A stretch of DNA of 64,000 nt from Gaiellales bacterium (GTDB lineage: Bacteria > Actinomycetota > Thermoleophilia > Gaiellales > F1-60-MAGs149): positions 4,490-68,489 of the forward strand of contig CAXNKU010000010.1 of assembly GCA_964203045.1 (NCBI GenBank), written 5' to 3'. Shown here one piece after another: positions 41,356 through 49,679 of this stretch. The notes under the pieces were generated by a model, which worked only from the letters and a program-made list of their open reading frames with translations, searched no databases and was not told the origin of the DNA. Position 1 is the first letter of the stretch; each line of letters starts with the position of its first letter. A program made the translations under genes and the position numbers.

Positions 41356-44239
41356 GAATCAGCTCGCCGTCATGCTCGATGCGACGGGATTGCTCGGCCT
41401 GCTGGTTGTACTCCTCTTGCCAGTTCGAGCGACCCGTCGCCAAGGCAACCTGTACGGCCGTGACCTTGTACTCGGGGCAGTTCGTGGCCCAGTCCGAAAA
41501 GTCGGTCGTGATCACGTTGACCTGCGTGTCGGGATGGTGGAACGTCGTGTAGACAACGCCCGGAGCGACGCGCTCGGTGACATCCGCGCGGAGCGAGGTC
41601 TCGCCGGCACGCGAGGCGAGGCTAACGAGGTCGCCGTGGTTGATGCCACGCTGCTCGGCGTCGTGCGGATGGATCTCGAGGACGTCTTCCTCGTGCCAGA
41701 TGACATTCGCCGTACGGCGCGTCTGTGCACCGACGTTGTACTGCGAGAGGATGCGGCCTGTGGTGAGGAGGAGCGGGAAGCGTGGGCCCGAGCGCTCGTC
41801 GGTCGCGACGTATTCCGTGTTGATAAACCGGCCCTTACCGCGGACGAAGCCGTCGAGGTGCATGATCGGCGTGCCCATCGGTGCCTTCTCGTTGCACGGC
41901 CACTGGACCGAGCCGACCTCGTCGAGATGGTCGTACGAGACACCGGCAAAGCTTGGCGTGGTGCGCGCAACCTCGTCCATGATCTCGGACGGATGCGTAT
42001 AGGTCCAGTTGAGGCCCATCGCGTTGGCGATGCCCATCGTGACTTCCCAATCGGCAAAGCCGTTCTTCGGAGCCATCACCTTGCGGACGCGGTTGATGCG
42101 ACGCTCGGCGTTCGTAAACGTGCCGTCCTTCTCGAGGAAGGTCGAGCCTGGCAAGAAGACGTGCGCGTAGTTGGCCGTCTCGTTGAGGAACAGGTCGTGG
42201 ACGACAACGCACTCCATCGCGGCCAGACCGGCGGCGACATGGTGCGTATCAGGATCGGACTGGAGAATGTCCTCGCCCTCGATGTAGATGCCCTTAAAGG
42301 TGCCCTCGACAGCGGCATCGAGCATGTTCGGAATGCGGAGACCGGGCTCCTTCACGAGCGTGACGCCCCATTCCTCTTCGAAGATGTTGCGGACGTCTTC
42401 GCCCGAGATGTGGCGGTAGCCAGGCAACTCGTGCGGGAAGGAACCCATGTCGCAGGCGCCCTGCACGTTGTTCTGGCCGCGCAGCGGATTGACACCGACG
42501 CCGGGGCGACCGATGTTGCCCGTCAGCATCGCGAGATTCGCAATTGCCATCACGGTCGTCGAGCCCTGGCTGTGCTCGGTGACGCCGAGGCCGTAGTAGA
42601 TCGCACCGTTGCCACCCGTGGCATAGAGCCGGGCCGCACCGCGGATCGTCTCGGACGGAACGCCCGACAGACCCTCAACGACCTCGGGGCTGTGGCGCAG
42701 ATCGGTGACGAACTCCATGTACTCCTGGAACTCGTCCCAATCGCAGCGCTCGCGAATGAACTGCTCGTCGTAGAGGGCCTCGGTGACGATCACATGCGCC
42801 ATCGCTGTGATGACTGCAACGTTCGTGCCCGGCTGCAGTGGCAGGTGGAACTGCGCCTCGATGTGCGGCGTACGGACGAGTGCGATCTGGCGCGGGTCGA
42901 GAATGATCAACTTGGCACCAGCGCGCAGGCGCTTTTTCATCCGCGAGCTGAAGACCGGATGGGCCTCCGTCGGGTTGGCGCCAATCAGCACGATCACGTC
43001 GGTGTGCTCGACCGAGTCAAAGTCTTGGGTGCCGGCCGACGTGCCGTAGGCCTGGCCGAGGCCGTAGCCCGTGGGGGAGTGGCAGACGCGGGCGCAGGTA
43101 TCGACGTTGTTGTTGCCAAAGCCCTGGCGGACCAGCTTCTGGACGAGGTAGGTTTCTTCGTTCGTGCAGCGGCTCGACGTGATGCCACCGATCGAGTCGA
43201 TGCCGTGCGTCTTCTGGATCGAGGCGAAGCGTTCGGCGACGAAGGCGTACGCGTCGTCCCACGAGACCTCGCGCCACGGCTGATCGATCGAATCGCGGAC
43301 CATCGGCTTGGTGATGCGATCGGGATGGCTGGCATAGCCATAGGCAAAGCGGCCCTTGACGCAGGAGTGGCCACGGTTGGCCTTGCCATCCTTAAACGGC
43401 ACCATGCGGATCAGCTCGTCGCCGCGCATCTCGGCCTTGAAGGAACAGCCGACTCCACAGTACGCGCAGGTTGTGACGACGGAATGCTCGGGGATGCCAA
43501 TCTCGACGACCGACTTCTCCATCAGCGTCGCGGTCGGGCAGGCCTGGACGCAGGCCCCGCACGAGACACAGTCAGAATCGATAAACGACTCGTGTGCACC
43601 GGCTGAGACGCGGCTCTCGAAGCCGCGACCCTCGATCGTCAAGGCAAACGTGCCCTGCACCTCTTCGCAGGCGCGGACGCAACGCGAGCAGGCGATGCAC
43701 TTCGACGGGTCGTAGGTGAAGTACGGATTCGACTCGTCCTTCTCCATGTAGCGGAAGTTCGACTCGCCACGCACCTTTGGGGTGAAGTGGTTGGCGTCGA
43801 CGTTGTAGCGAACGCTGCGGAGACCGACGACGCCGGCCTGCGTCTGCAGCTCACAGTCACCGTTGGCGGCGCACGTCAAGCAATCGAGCGGATGGTCGGA
43901 GATGTACAGCTCCATCACGCCACGACGAATCTTCTTTAGCTTCTCCGTCTGCGTGTGCACGACCATGCCGGGCGTCACCGGTGTGGTGCACGAGGACGGC
44001 GTGCCGTTGCGGCCGTCGATCTCGACGAGGCAGAGGCGGCACGAGCCAAACGCCTCGACCATGTCGGTGGCGCACAGCTTTGGGATCTCGATGCCAGCTT
44101 CCATCGAGGCGCGCATGATCGACGTGCCCTCGGGCACCGTCACCTCAAAGCCGTCGACGTTGAGCGTGACCAGCGTCTCCGAGGTGGAGGCGGGTGTGCC
44201 GTAATCGATCTCGCGAATCAGACTCATGGGGTTCTTCAT
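41345..44239 (-). CDS. fdsA: NAD-dependent formate dehydrogenase alpha subunit (Mo/W, Cys ligand)
   Basis: N-terminal FeS motifs, CAYCGVGC, CARVCHSP, LRGQNNVQG, CPEYK. Confidence 0.93.
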   Translation of the reverse strand: MKNPMSLIREIDYGTPASTSETLVTLNVDGFEVTVPEGTSIMRASMEAGIEIPKLCATDMVEAFGSCRLCLVEIDGRNGTPSSCTTPVTPGMVVHTQTEKLKKIRRGVMELYISDHPLDCLTCAANGDCELQTQAGVVGLRSVRYNVDANHFTPKVRGESNFRYMEKDESNPYFTYDPSKCIACSRCVRACEEVQGTFALTIEGRGFESRVSAGAHESFIDSDCVSCGACVQACPTATLMEKSVVEIGIPEHSVVTTCAYCGVGCSFKAEMRGDELIRMVPFKDGKANRGHSCVKGRFAYGYASHPDRITKPMVRDSIDQPWREVSWDDAYAFVAERFASIQKTHGIDSIGGITSSRCTNEETYLVQKLVRQGFGNNNVDTCARVCHSPTGYGLGQAYGTSAGTQDFDSVEHTDVIVLIGANPTEAHPVFSSRMKKRLRAGAKLIILDPRQIALVRTPHIEAQFHLPLQPGTNVAVITAMAHVIVTEALYDEQFIRERCDWDEFQEYMEFVTDLRHSPEVVEGLSGVPSETIRGAARLYATGGNGAIYYGLGVTEHSQGSTTVMAIANLAMLTGNIGRPGVGVNPLRGQNNVQGACDMGSFPHELPGYRHISGEDVRNIFEEEWGVTLVKEPGLRIPNMLDAAVEGTFKGIYIEGEDILQSDPDTHHVAAGLAAMECVVVHDLFLNETANYAHVFLPGSTFLEKDGTFTNAERRINRVRKVMAPKNGFADWEVTMGIANAMGLNWTYTHPSEIMDEVARTTPSFAGVSYDHLDEVGSVQWPCNEKAPMGTPIMHLDGFVRGKGRFINTEYVATDERSGPRFPLLLTTGRILSQYNVGAQTRRTANVIWHEEDVLEIHPHDAEQRGINHGDLVSLASRAGETSLRADVTERVAPGVVYTTFHHPDTQVNVITTDFSDWATNCPEYKVTAVQVALATGRSNWQEEYNQQAEQSRRIEHDGELIHGD

Positions 44240-44248
44240 CGGGTTCTC

Positions 44249-45805
44249 CTACTCGGCCTTCTGCGCAGCAGCGGTGGGCTTGAGATCAGTGCGGAAATGG
44301 GTAATGACACTCATGACGGGATACGGCGTAAAGCCACCGAGCGCACAGAGCGAGCCGAACTTCATCGTCTCGCAAAGGTCGGTGATCAGGGTGATCTGCT
44401 CGTCGACGTCGGCGCCAGCGGCGATCTCGTCGAACGTCTCGACGCCACGCGTCGAGCCAATGCGGCATGGCGTGCACTTGCCGCAGCTCTCGATCGCGCA
44501 GAACTCCATCGCGAAGCGCGCCTGCTTGAGCATGTCGGCGGTGTCGTCGAAGACGGTCACGCCGGCATGGCCAATCAGGCCTTCCTTGGCGGCGAAGGCC
44601 TCGTAGTCGAAGGGCGTGTCGAACAGCGACTCTGGGAAGTACGCGCCGAGCGGGCCGCCGACCTGGACAGCCTTGATCGGGCGGCCGCTATGCGTGCCGC
44701 CACCAATCTCGGTGACGAGCTCGCCGAGCGTCATTCCGAAAGGAGCCTCGAACAGGCCGCCGTGCTTGATGTTGCCGGCCAGCTGGATCGGAATCGTGCC
44801 GCGCGAGCGACCAACGCCGTACTCCTGATACTGGGCTGGGCCCTCAGCGAGGATGACGGGCACCGACGCGAGCGAGATGACATTGTTGATCACCGTTGGC
44901 ATGCCAAAGAGGCCCTTGTGTGCAGGCAGTGGCGGCTTCGAACGCACCACGCCACGCTTGCCTTCGATGCTGTTGAGCAGCGAGGTCTCTTCGCCGCAGA
45001 CGTAGGAGCCGGCTCCAACGCGGACCTCGATGTCGAAGGCTTTGCCCGAGCCGAGCACGTCGGCGCCGAGCACGGTGGCGGCGCGCGCCGTGGCGATCGC
45101 CTCTTCCATCGTCGCGATCGCGTGCGGATACTCGGAGCGAATGTAGATGTAGCCCTTGGTCGCCTCGGTCGCGAGACCAGCGATTGCCATGCCCTCGATC
45201 AGGACGAACGGATCGCCCTCCATGATCATGCGGTCGGCGAACGTGCCGGAGTCGCCCTCGTCGGCGTTGCAGACGATGTATTTCTGCTCGCCCGCCGTGT
45301 CGAGCACGGTGCGCCACTTGATGCCGGTCGGGAAACCTGCGCCACCACGGCCACGGAGGCCCGAGTCGGTGACGGTCGTGACGACGTCAGAAGGGGTCAT
45401 CGCAATCGCGGCCTTGAGGCCAACGAGACCGCCGTGGGCCTCGTAATCGACGAGCGAGACTGGGTCGGTAATGCCGCAGCGCGCGAAGGTGAGGCGCGTC
45501 TGGCGGGCAAAGAAGGGGATCTCCTCGGTGGCGCCGAGTGCGAGTGCGTGCGACCCACCAGTGAGGAAGTCGGCATCGAACAGCGAGGCGACGTCGGCGA
45601 CCGCAACGGGGCCATAGGCAATGCGGCCAGCGGGCGTATCGACCTCGACGAGCGGCTCAATCCAGTGCATGCCACGCGAGCCGTTGCGCACCACGCTGGC
45701 GTCGAGGCCGCGCGAGACGATCTCGTTGGCGACGGCGGCAGCAACTTCGTGCGCGCCGAGTGCAATCGCGGCGGCGTCGCGAGGGACGTAGATGCGGACG
45801 GTCAT
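44249..45805 (-). CDS. fdsB: Formate dehydrogenase beta subunit (NuoF-like)
   Basis: GLRGRGGAGFP, NADEGDSG, YVCGEET, ESCGKCTPC. Confidence 0.92.
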   Translation of the reverse strand: MTVRIYVPRDAAAIALGAHEVAAAVANEIVSRGLDASVVRNGSRGMHWIEPLVEVDTPAGRIAYGPVAVADVASLFDADFLTGGSHALALGATEEIPFFARQTRLTFARCGITDPVSLVDYEAHGGLVGLKAAIAMTPSDVVTTVTDSGLRGRGGAGFPTGIKWRTVLDTAGEQKYIVCNADEGDSGTFADRMIMEGDPFVLIEGMAIAGLATEATKGYIYIRSEYPHAIATMEEAIATARAATVLGADVLGSGKAFDIEVRVGAGSYVCGEETSLLNSIEGKRGVVRSKPPLPAHKGLFGMPTVINNVISLASVPVILAEGPAQYQEYGVGRSRGTIPIQLAGNIKHGGLFEAPFGMTLGELVTEIGGGTHSGRPIKAVQVGGPLGAYFPESLFDTPFDYEAFAAKEGLIGHAGVTVFDDTADMLKQARFAMEFCAIESCGKCTPCRIGSTRGVETFDEIAAGADVDEQITLITDLCETMKFGSLCALGGFTPYPVMSVITHFRTDLKPTAAAQKAE

Positions 45806-46275
45806 GCCGTCACCTCGGCGACCAGAGCAGCAACCTTGTCGGCATCGATGCGACCAATCACGCGCGACTCGTCGAGAATCGCGGCCGGGGCGCAGGAGCA
45901 GAGCCCGAGGCAGAAGATCGGTTCGAGCGTCAGTGCGCCATCGGCGGTCGTCTCATGAAAGTCGATGCCAAGGTTGGCCTTGATGTCGGCGGCAATCTGG
46001 TCGGCGCCAAGTGATTGGCAGGCCTCGGCACGGCACAGCTTGAGTACGTGCTTGCCGGCCGGCTCGCGGCGAAAGTCGGGATAGAACGTCAGCGTGCCGT
46101 GAACCTCGGCGCGTGCGATGTTGATGGCGTTGGCGATCACCTGCACGGACTCCTCGGGCACGTAGCCAAAGGAGTGCTGAACGGCATGCAGAATCGGCAT
46201 CAGCGGACCCTCGAGGTGCGTGTACTCAGCGGCGATCGCCGCGGTGCGCTCCTTGATTTCGCTGGCTGCTGCCAT
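45802..46275 (-). CDS. fdsG: Formate dehydrogenase gamma subunit (NuoE-like)
   Basis: CRAEAC, CLGLC 2Fe-2S motifs. Confidence 0.9.
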   Translation of the reverse strand: MAAASEIKERTAAIAAEYTHLEGPLMPILHAVQHSFGYVPEESVQVIANAINIARAEVHGTLTFYPDFRREPAGKHVLKLCRAEACQSLGADQIAADIKANLGIDFHETTADGALTLEPIFCLGLCSCAPAAILDESRVIGRIDADKVAALVAEVTA

Positions 46276-46373
46276 CAGACGTTCGCCTCCGGGGCTCTGC
46301 GGTGGGGGCACTCCGCTCGCACACAGTATTGCGCGGTCGAAAACCCGGTACCAATCAGAAGAACCTGTTGCAT

Positions 46374-46390
46374 GATAGGCACAGACTATC
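46374..46390. promoter_or_regulatory. LysR-type box upstream of fdsG
   Basis: GATAG-N7-CTATC (T-N11-A) in an AT-richer upstream region. Confidence 0.45.
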
Positions 46391-46446
46391 TAAAAACAGC
46401 GAAACAGCGGTTTGGGATAGCCTAAACGTGTCTGGTGCGGCGGAAC

Positions 46447-46478
46447 GCGACATTCTGGGCCCGGGCCCAAAATGTCGC
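46447..46478. repeat. Family C palindrome copy 1
   Basis: GCGACATTCTGGGCCCGGGCCCAAAATGTCGC, directly after the stop of 46478-47722. Confidence 0.82.
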
Positions 46479-47722
46479 TAATGCACCGCTTGACCGCGAG
46501 CAATCCGGTCGAGCGTGCCCTCGAATTGCGTGGCTAACAGGTCGGAAGGAGCGAGTTCGCGCATCTCTTCGAGGCGGTAGCGCTCGACGCGGGGCTCGCC
46601 CGCACCGGCCTCCTGCAGAGCGGCAAGACGGGCCGGTTCGCCAAGCCGACGATTGCGGTGATCGGTGTGCATCAGCTCGAAATCCTCATACGAGCACTCG
46701 GCCGTTTCGAGATAGCCGGCCTCAATTGCAGCCGCGACGAGTTCGCTGCCCGTCGTCGTGCGCTCGACGACGATGTTGACTCCAGGGGCCTCGTTGTGGG
46801 TCGTCTTGCCATCGGCATCGAGGATCCAACCATCAGGAGCCGAGATGTCTGCGAGTTCGCCAATCGCATCGGGGCAGATCTTGCAGCGCCATTGTGCGTC
46901 GTACCGCCACGGTGCGTCCCGATCGAACCAGGCCTGTCGGTAGGTGATATCGAAGCGCCGGTCGCCGGCCTCCACGCGCGTTGGCCCGGGCCAGCCCTCA
47001 CCGCGGAATCGAAACAGCGTCACCTCATCGGGCTCAATGCCGTGTGCTTGAGCAATGCTCTCAGCCGTCGTCACGTTGGGCACGCCCCCGCAGAAAATCG
47101 TCAGGAGATACGGGACCTGCGTTTCGACGCGCGGATCATGACGCGCCAGATTGTGGATCGCCGTGACATCGCACGGCTTACCGATGACGGCGAACCGCTC
47201 GCCCTCGTCTAGCAGTTGCTGTACGTGCACGAGCGGCGCGGCTGGGCCGTAGCGCGACTGCGCCGCCACCAGCGTGCTCTCACCCGGTCGCGAAATATGC
47301 GCGTCCGTCAGCATCGGCTGGGTGGGGGAGGTGCGCACATGCAGCACCGCAGTAACCCTGCCCGAATCGAGCAAGAACTGTCCAAGCGTGGTCAAGACGC
47401 CACCCGCGGCAGCCGTAAATCGCACCTGCGGATCTGCCGCCCAGCCACGCTGCATTGCCCGCAGTGGACCCCAAATCGGATCGAGCGTGGTGCCCGCTTC
47501 GAGCGTCGCCGGGTCGGGGCCAATTGCGGTCGCACCAGGACAGACATCGACGAGCAACGCATCCTGTTCCGGCGAAAGCGGGTCGCCAAACTGTGGACGC
47601 AGATCGCCGCGCTTCGAAAGCGCCATCGTCAGCTGATTAGGCGCGAGTGAGGTACAGATGCCACAGCCCACGCAGAGCCCACCATCAACGACATCCTTCA
47701 GAGTCGTGGGCTGGCCGCTCAT
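46478..47722 (-). CDS. Coenzyme F420 hydrogenase/dehydrogenase beta subunit (FrhB/HCAR-like)
   Basis: CVGCGIC, CPG, AAGGVLT, GKPCD, FCGG, FRGEGWPG, CKICPD. Confidence 0.85.
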   Translation of the reverse strand: MSGQPTTLKDVVDGGLCVGCGICTSLAPNQLTMALSKRGDLRPQFGDPLSPEQDALLVDVCPGATAIGPDPATLEAGTTLDPIWGPLRAMQRGWAADPQVRFTAAAGGVLTTLGQFLLDSGRVTAVLHVRTSPTQPMLTDAHISRPGESTLVAAQSRYGPAAPLVHVQQLLDEGERFAVIGKPCDVTAIHNLARHDPRVETQVPYLLTIFCGGVPNVTTAESIAQAHGIEPDEVTLFRFRGEGWPGPTRVEAGDRRFDITYRQAWFDRDAPWRYDAQWRCKICPDAIGELADISAPDGWILDADGKTTHNEAPGVNIVVERTTTGSELVAAAIEAGYLETAECSYEDFELMHTDHRNRRLGEPARLAALQEAGAGEPRVERYRLEEMRELAPSDLLATQFEGTLDRIARGQAVH

Positions 47723-47743
47723 CCGAGCACTATCGTAGCCCGA

Positions 47744-48160
47744 CTAGAAGAGGTCGCTAGGACCGCCGTCATCGATGCCATCGAGCCCCTGGTTGGGATC
47801 CTCGTCGACGCCGTCCCACTGATCCATCGCATCGCTCGCACCACCGCCACCCCATTCGCCGGAGTCGACACCACCAAAGTGTTCGTCTGCGACGTCGTCA
47901 AGCGGACCACTGAAGACCTGCACCGAGAGGTCTTGACCGGCGGCGAGGAGTGCCACCGTTGTGAGGCCACGACCAAGCTCGCCGGTCCGCATCTCCTGCG
48001 CAAATGGTGCGACGCCAGACCGGATTGCCGTGCACGCCTCCTCGGCCAACTCGGGCTGCACATCCAGCCAGCCGCCCTCGATCGAGTCGACGCCGTCAGC
48101 GCCGCTCTCGAAATCCGCCAGCCACACGCCGCCACCCTGTGTCCACGTTCGAATGTTCAT
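47744..48160 (-). CDS. Hypothetical protein with acidic Gly/Asp-rich tail
   Basis: ATG 48160 with upstream GGAAAG; 138 aa; coherent ORF downstream of the nuclease. Confidence 0.5.
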   Translation of the reverse strand: MNIRTWTQGGGVWLADFESGADGVDSIEGGWLDVQPELAEEACTAIRSGVAPFAQEMRTGELGRGLTTVALLAAGQDLSVQVFSGPLDDVADEHFGGVDSGEWGGGGASDAMDQWDGVDEDPNQGLDGIDDGGPSDLF

Positions 48161-48218
48161 GTCTGCTTTCCGCCGATCGCCATGGAGTATCTCAAGACCC
48201 GCAACAGCATGCCGATCG

Positions 48219-48743
48219 CTAGTCCGATTTGCGTGCTTGGACGGCTGCAAGCAACGCCGATTCGACTCGTTCGTGCCCCTGCTCGACCAGCAGATCGACG
48301 AGCGCCGGCTTGCGCAGCGAACTACCCGGTTCGAGTCCGAGCTCTGCCTCGAGCTCGGCGACCCACAACGCCTGTGCCAGCAGGTAGGTCTTCGACTTGT
48401 GTGGATCGCGGGGCGCACGCAGGTACTCAAGGGTCACCACGTCATCCGCATCATCGGCCACCCAGATGCCCCACCACGGTGGCAAGCCCGCGAGCACTCC
48501 GGCGAGATGCTTCTGCTCCGTCACCATCACGAGGTGGCGGAAGCGGCTGCGAAAGCGGCGCTTCTGACCCGGCAGGCGCTTCAGCGAATCCTGCGCCGAC
48601 TTGATCTCAATGCCCGTCAGCACACCATCCAGCATTGCGGCCATGTCGATACGACGATCACCAAACGTCACCTCATCGACATAGCCGATGCCAGTAGCGT
48701 CGAAAACGGCGTGCAGGTGATTACGGATTTCGGTGTCATGCAT
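48219..48743 (-). CDS. sce7726-family PD-(D/E)xK nuclease-like protein
   Basis: EV...RIDM...GIEIKSAQDSLKRLPGQ...PPWWGI. Confidence 0.72.
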   Translation of the reverse strand: MHDTEIRNHLHAVFDATGIGYVDEVTFGDRRIDMAAMLDGVLTGIEIKSAQDSLKRLPGQKRRFRSRFRHLVMVTEQKHLAGVLAGLPPWWGIWVADDADDVVTLEYLRAPRDPHKSKTYLLAQALWVAELEAELGLEPGSSLRKPALVDLLVEQGHERVESALLAAVQARKSD

Positions 48744-48779
48744 CGCTGGTCCTGTCGGGGAAGCTTGGCATGGGCTTAC

Positions 48780-48890
48780 GGGGGACACCACAACCGCGCG
48801 GATGTCATGTCCTCCCTGGTTGATCGCGCGAATACTCCTTGCGCTGCTGCAGGGAGGACACCACATCCGCGCGGTTGTGGTGTCCTCTCT
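48780..48890. repeat. Family A REPIN-like doublet
   Basis: Near-perfect inverted pair 48780-48817/48851-48890 with a 33 nt spacer, between divergent genes. Confidence 0.85.
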
Positions 48891-48904
48891 GCGAAACTCC
48901 AGCC

Positions 48905-49339
48905 ATGGCTGATGAAGAACGGATTCCCTTCGCTTGGAACGACCACGTCAACGCGTTTGAATCGATCGCGGTTCTCGTTGGCGAACTTGTCGGCAGTGGC
49001 ATGCGGCCGGCGGCGGCGTTCGAGCAGGCCTGGGTCGACGTCGATGTGCCAGAGGACTATCGCGACAAGTTCTGGCGCGTCGCCGTCCCGACGATCGCCG
49101 AGTATGCAATCCAAGAGGGTGGCGTGCCCAGCCTTGCCGGCGTCGATCTGTCCGAGATCGATCTCGAGGAGGGCGACTTGCGCGGCTTCGACTTTACGGG
49201 AGCGAATCTCGCGGGGGCATACTTCGCCAAGGCGCTGCTCGACGGCGCCAACTTTACGGGCGCGGATCTGACCGACACCGATTTTGCCGGTGCCAGCCTA
49301 ACCGGCGCGATCATGCCGGACGGGTCACTCCACTCCTAG
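48905..49339 (+). CDS. Pentapeptide repeat protein
   Basis: C-terminal A(D/N)LxG repeats (ANLAG, ANFTG, ADLTD, ASLTG) ending MPDG. Confidence 0.8.
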   Translation: MADEERIPFAWNDHVNAFESIAVLVGELVGSGMRPAAAFEQAWVDVDVPEDYRDKFWRVAVPTIAEYAIQEGGVPSLAGVDLSEIDLEEGDLRGFDFTGANLAGAYFAKALLDGANFTGADLTDTDFAGASLTGAIMPDGSLHS

Positions 49340-49357
49340 CAACGGTGCTCGGGTGGC

Positions 49358-49498
49358 CTAGAAGTCGTCGTCGTCTTCGTTGCCGTACGTAAACTCGTTG
49401 TACTCCTCGGCAGACAGCGCATCAATCGCGGTGTCGTCATCGAGCGGATCCGGAGCGAGTGGGACGAGGTTGTCTTCGTCGCGTTCGTCGGGCTTCAC
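49358..49498 (-). CDS. Small acidic protein (46 aa), absent from the ORF track
   Basis: AGGAGG 5 nt before GTG. Reads MKPDERDEDNLVPLAPDPLDDDTAIDALSAEEYNEFTYGNEDDDDF*. Confidence 0.5.
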   Translation of the reverse strand: MKPDERDEDNLVPLAPDPLDDDTAIDALSAEEYNEFTYGNEDDDDF

Positions 49499-49679
49499 GG
49501 TTGCCTCCTGTGGCGAGAGTGTGGGCGAGATCGATGCTGATCAAGATAATTGTGCAGACAGCGATCCCGATGATGATGCGTTGAGTGTCCATGGTGCAGC
49601 GTCGGCGTCATCCACCGCATGCTTATGGGTGCACCCCCGGTCGTGACCAAGTCGTTACCAACTGCCGCTCCAGCGACCT

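Noticed and set aside
41345-44239. Selenocysteine formate dehydrogenase
   Set aside because: The active site reads CARVCH in an uninterrupted ORF, with no in-frame TGA.
41309-45958. Long + strand ORFs (765 aa, 667 aa) and similar antisense ORFs elsewhere
   Set aside because: Shadow frames of high-GC genes on the opposite strand, with no recognisable motifs.
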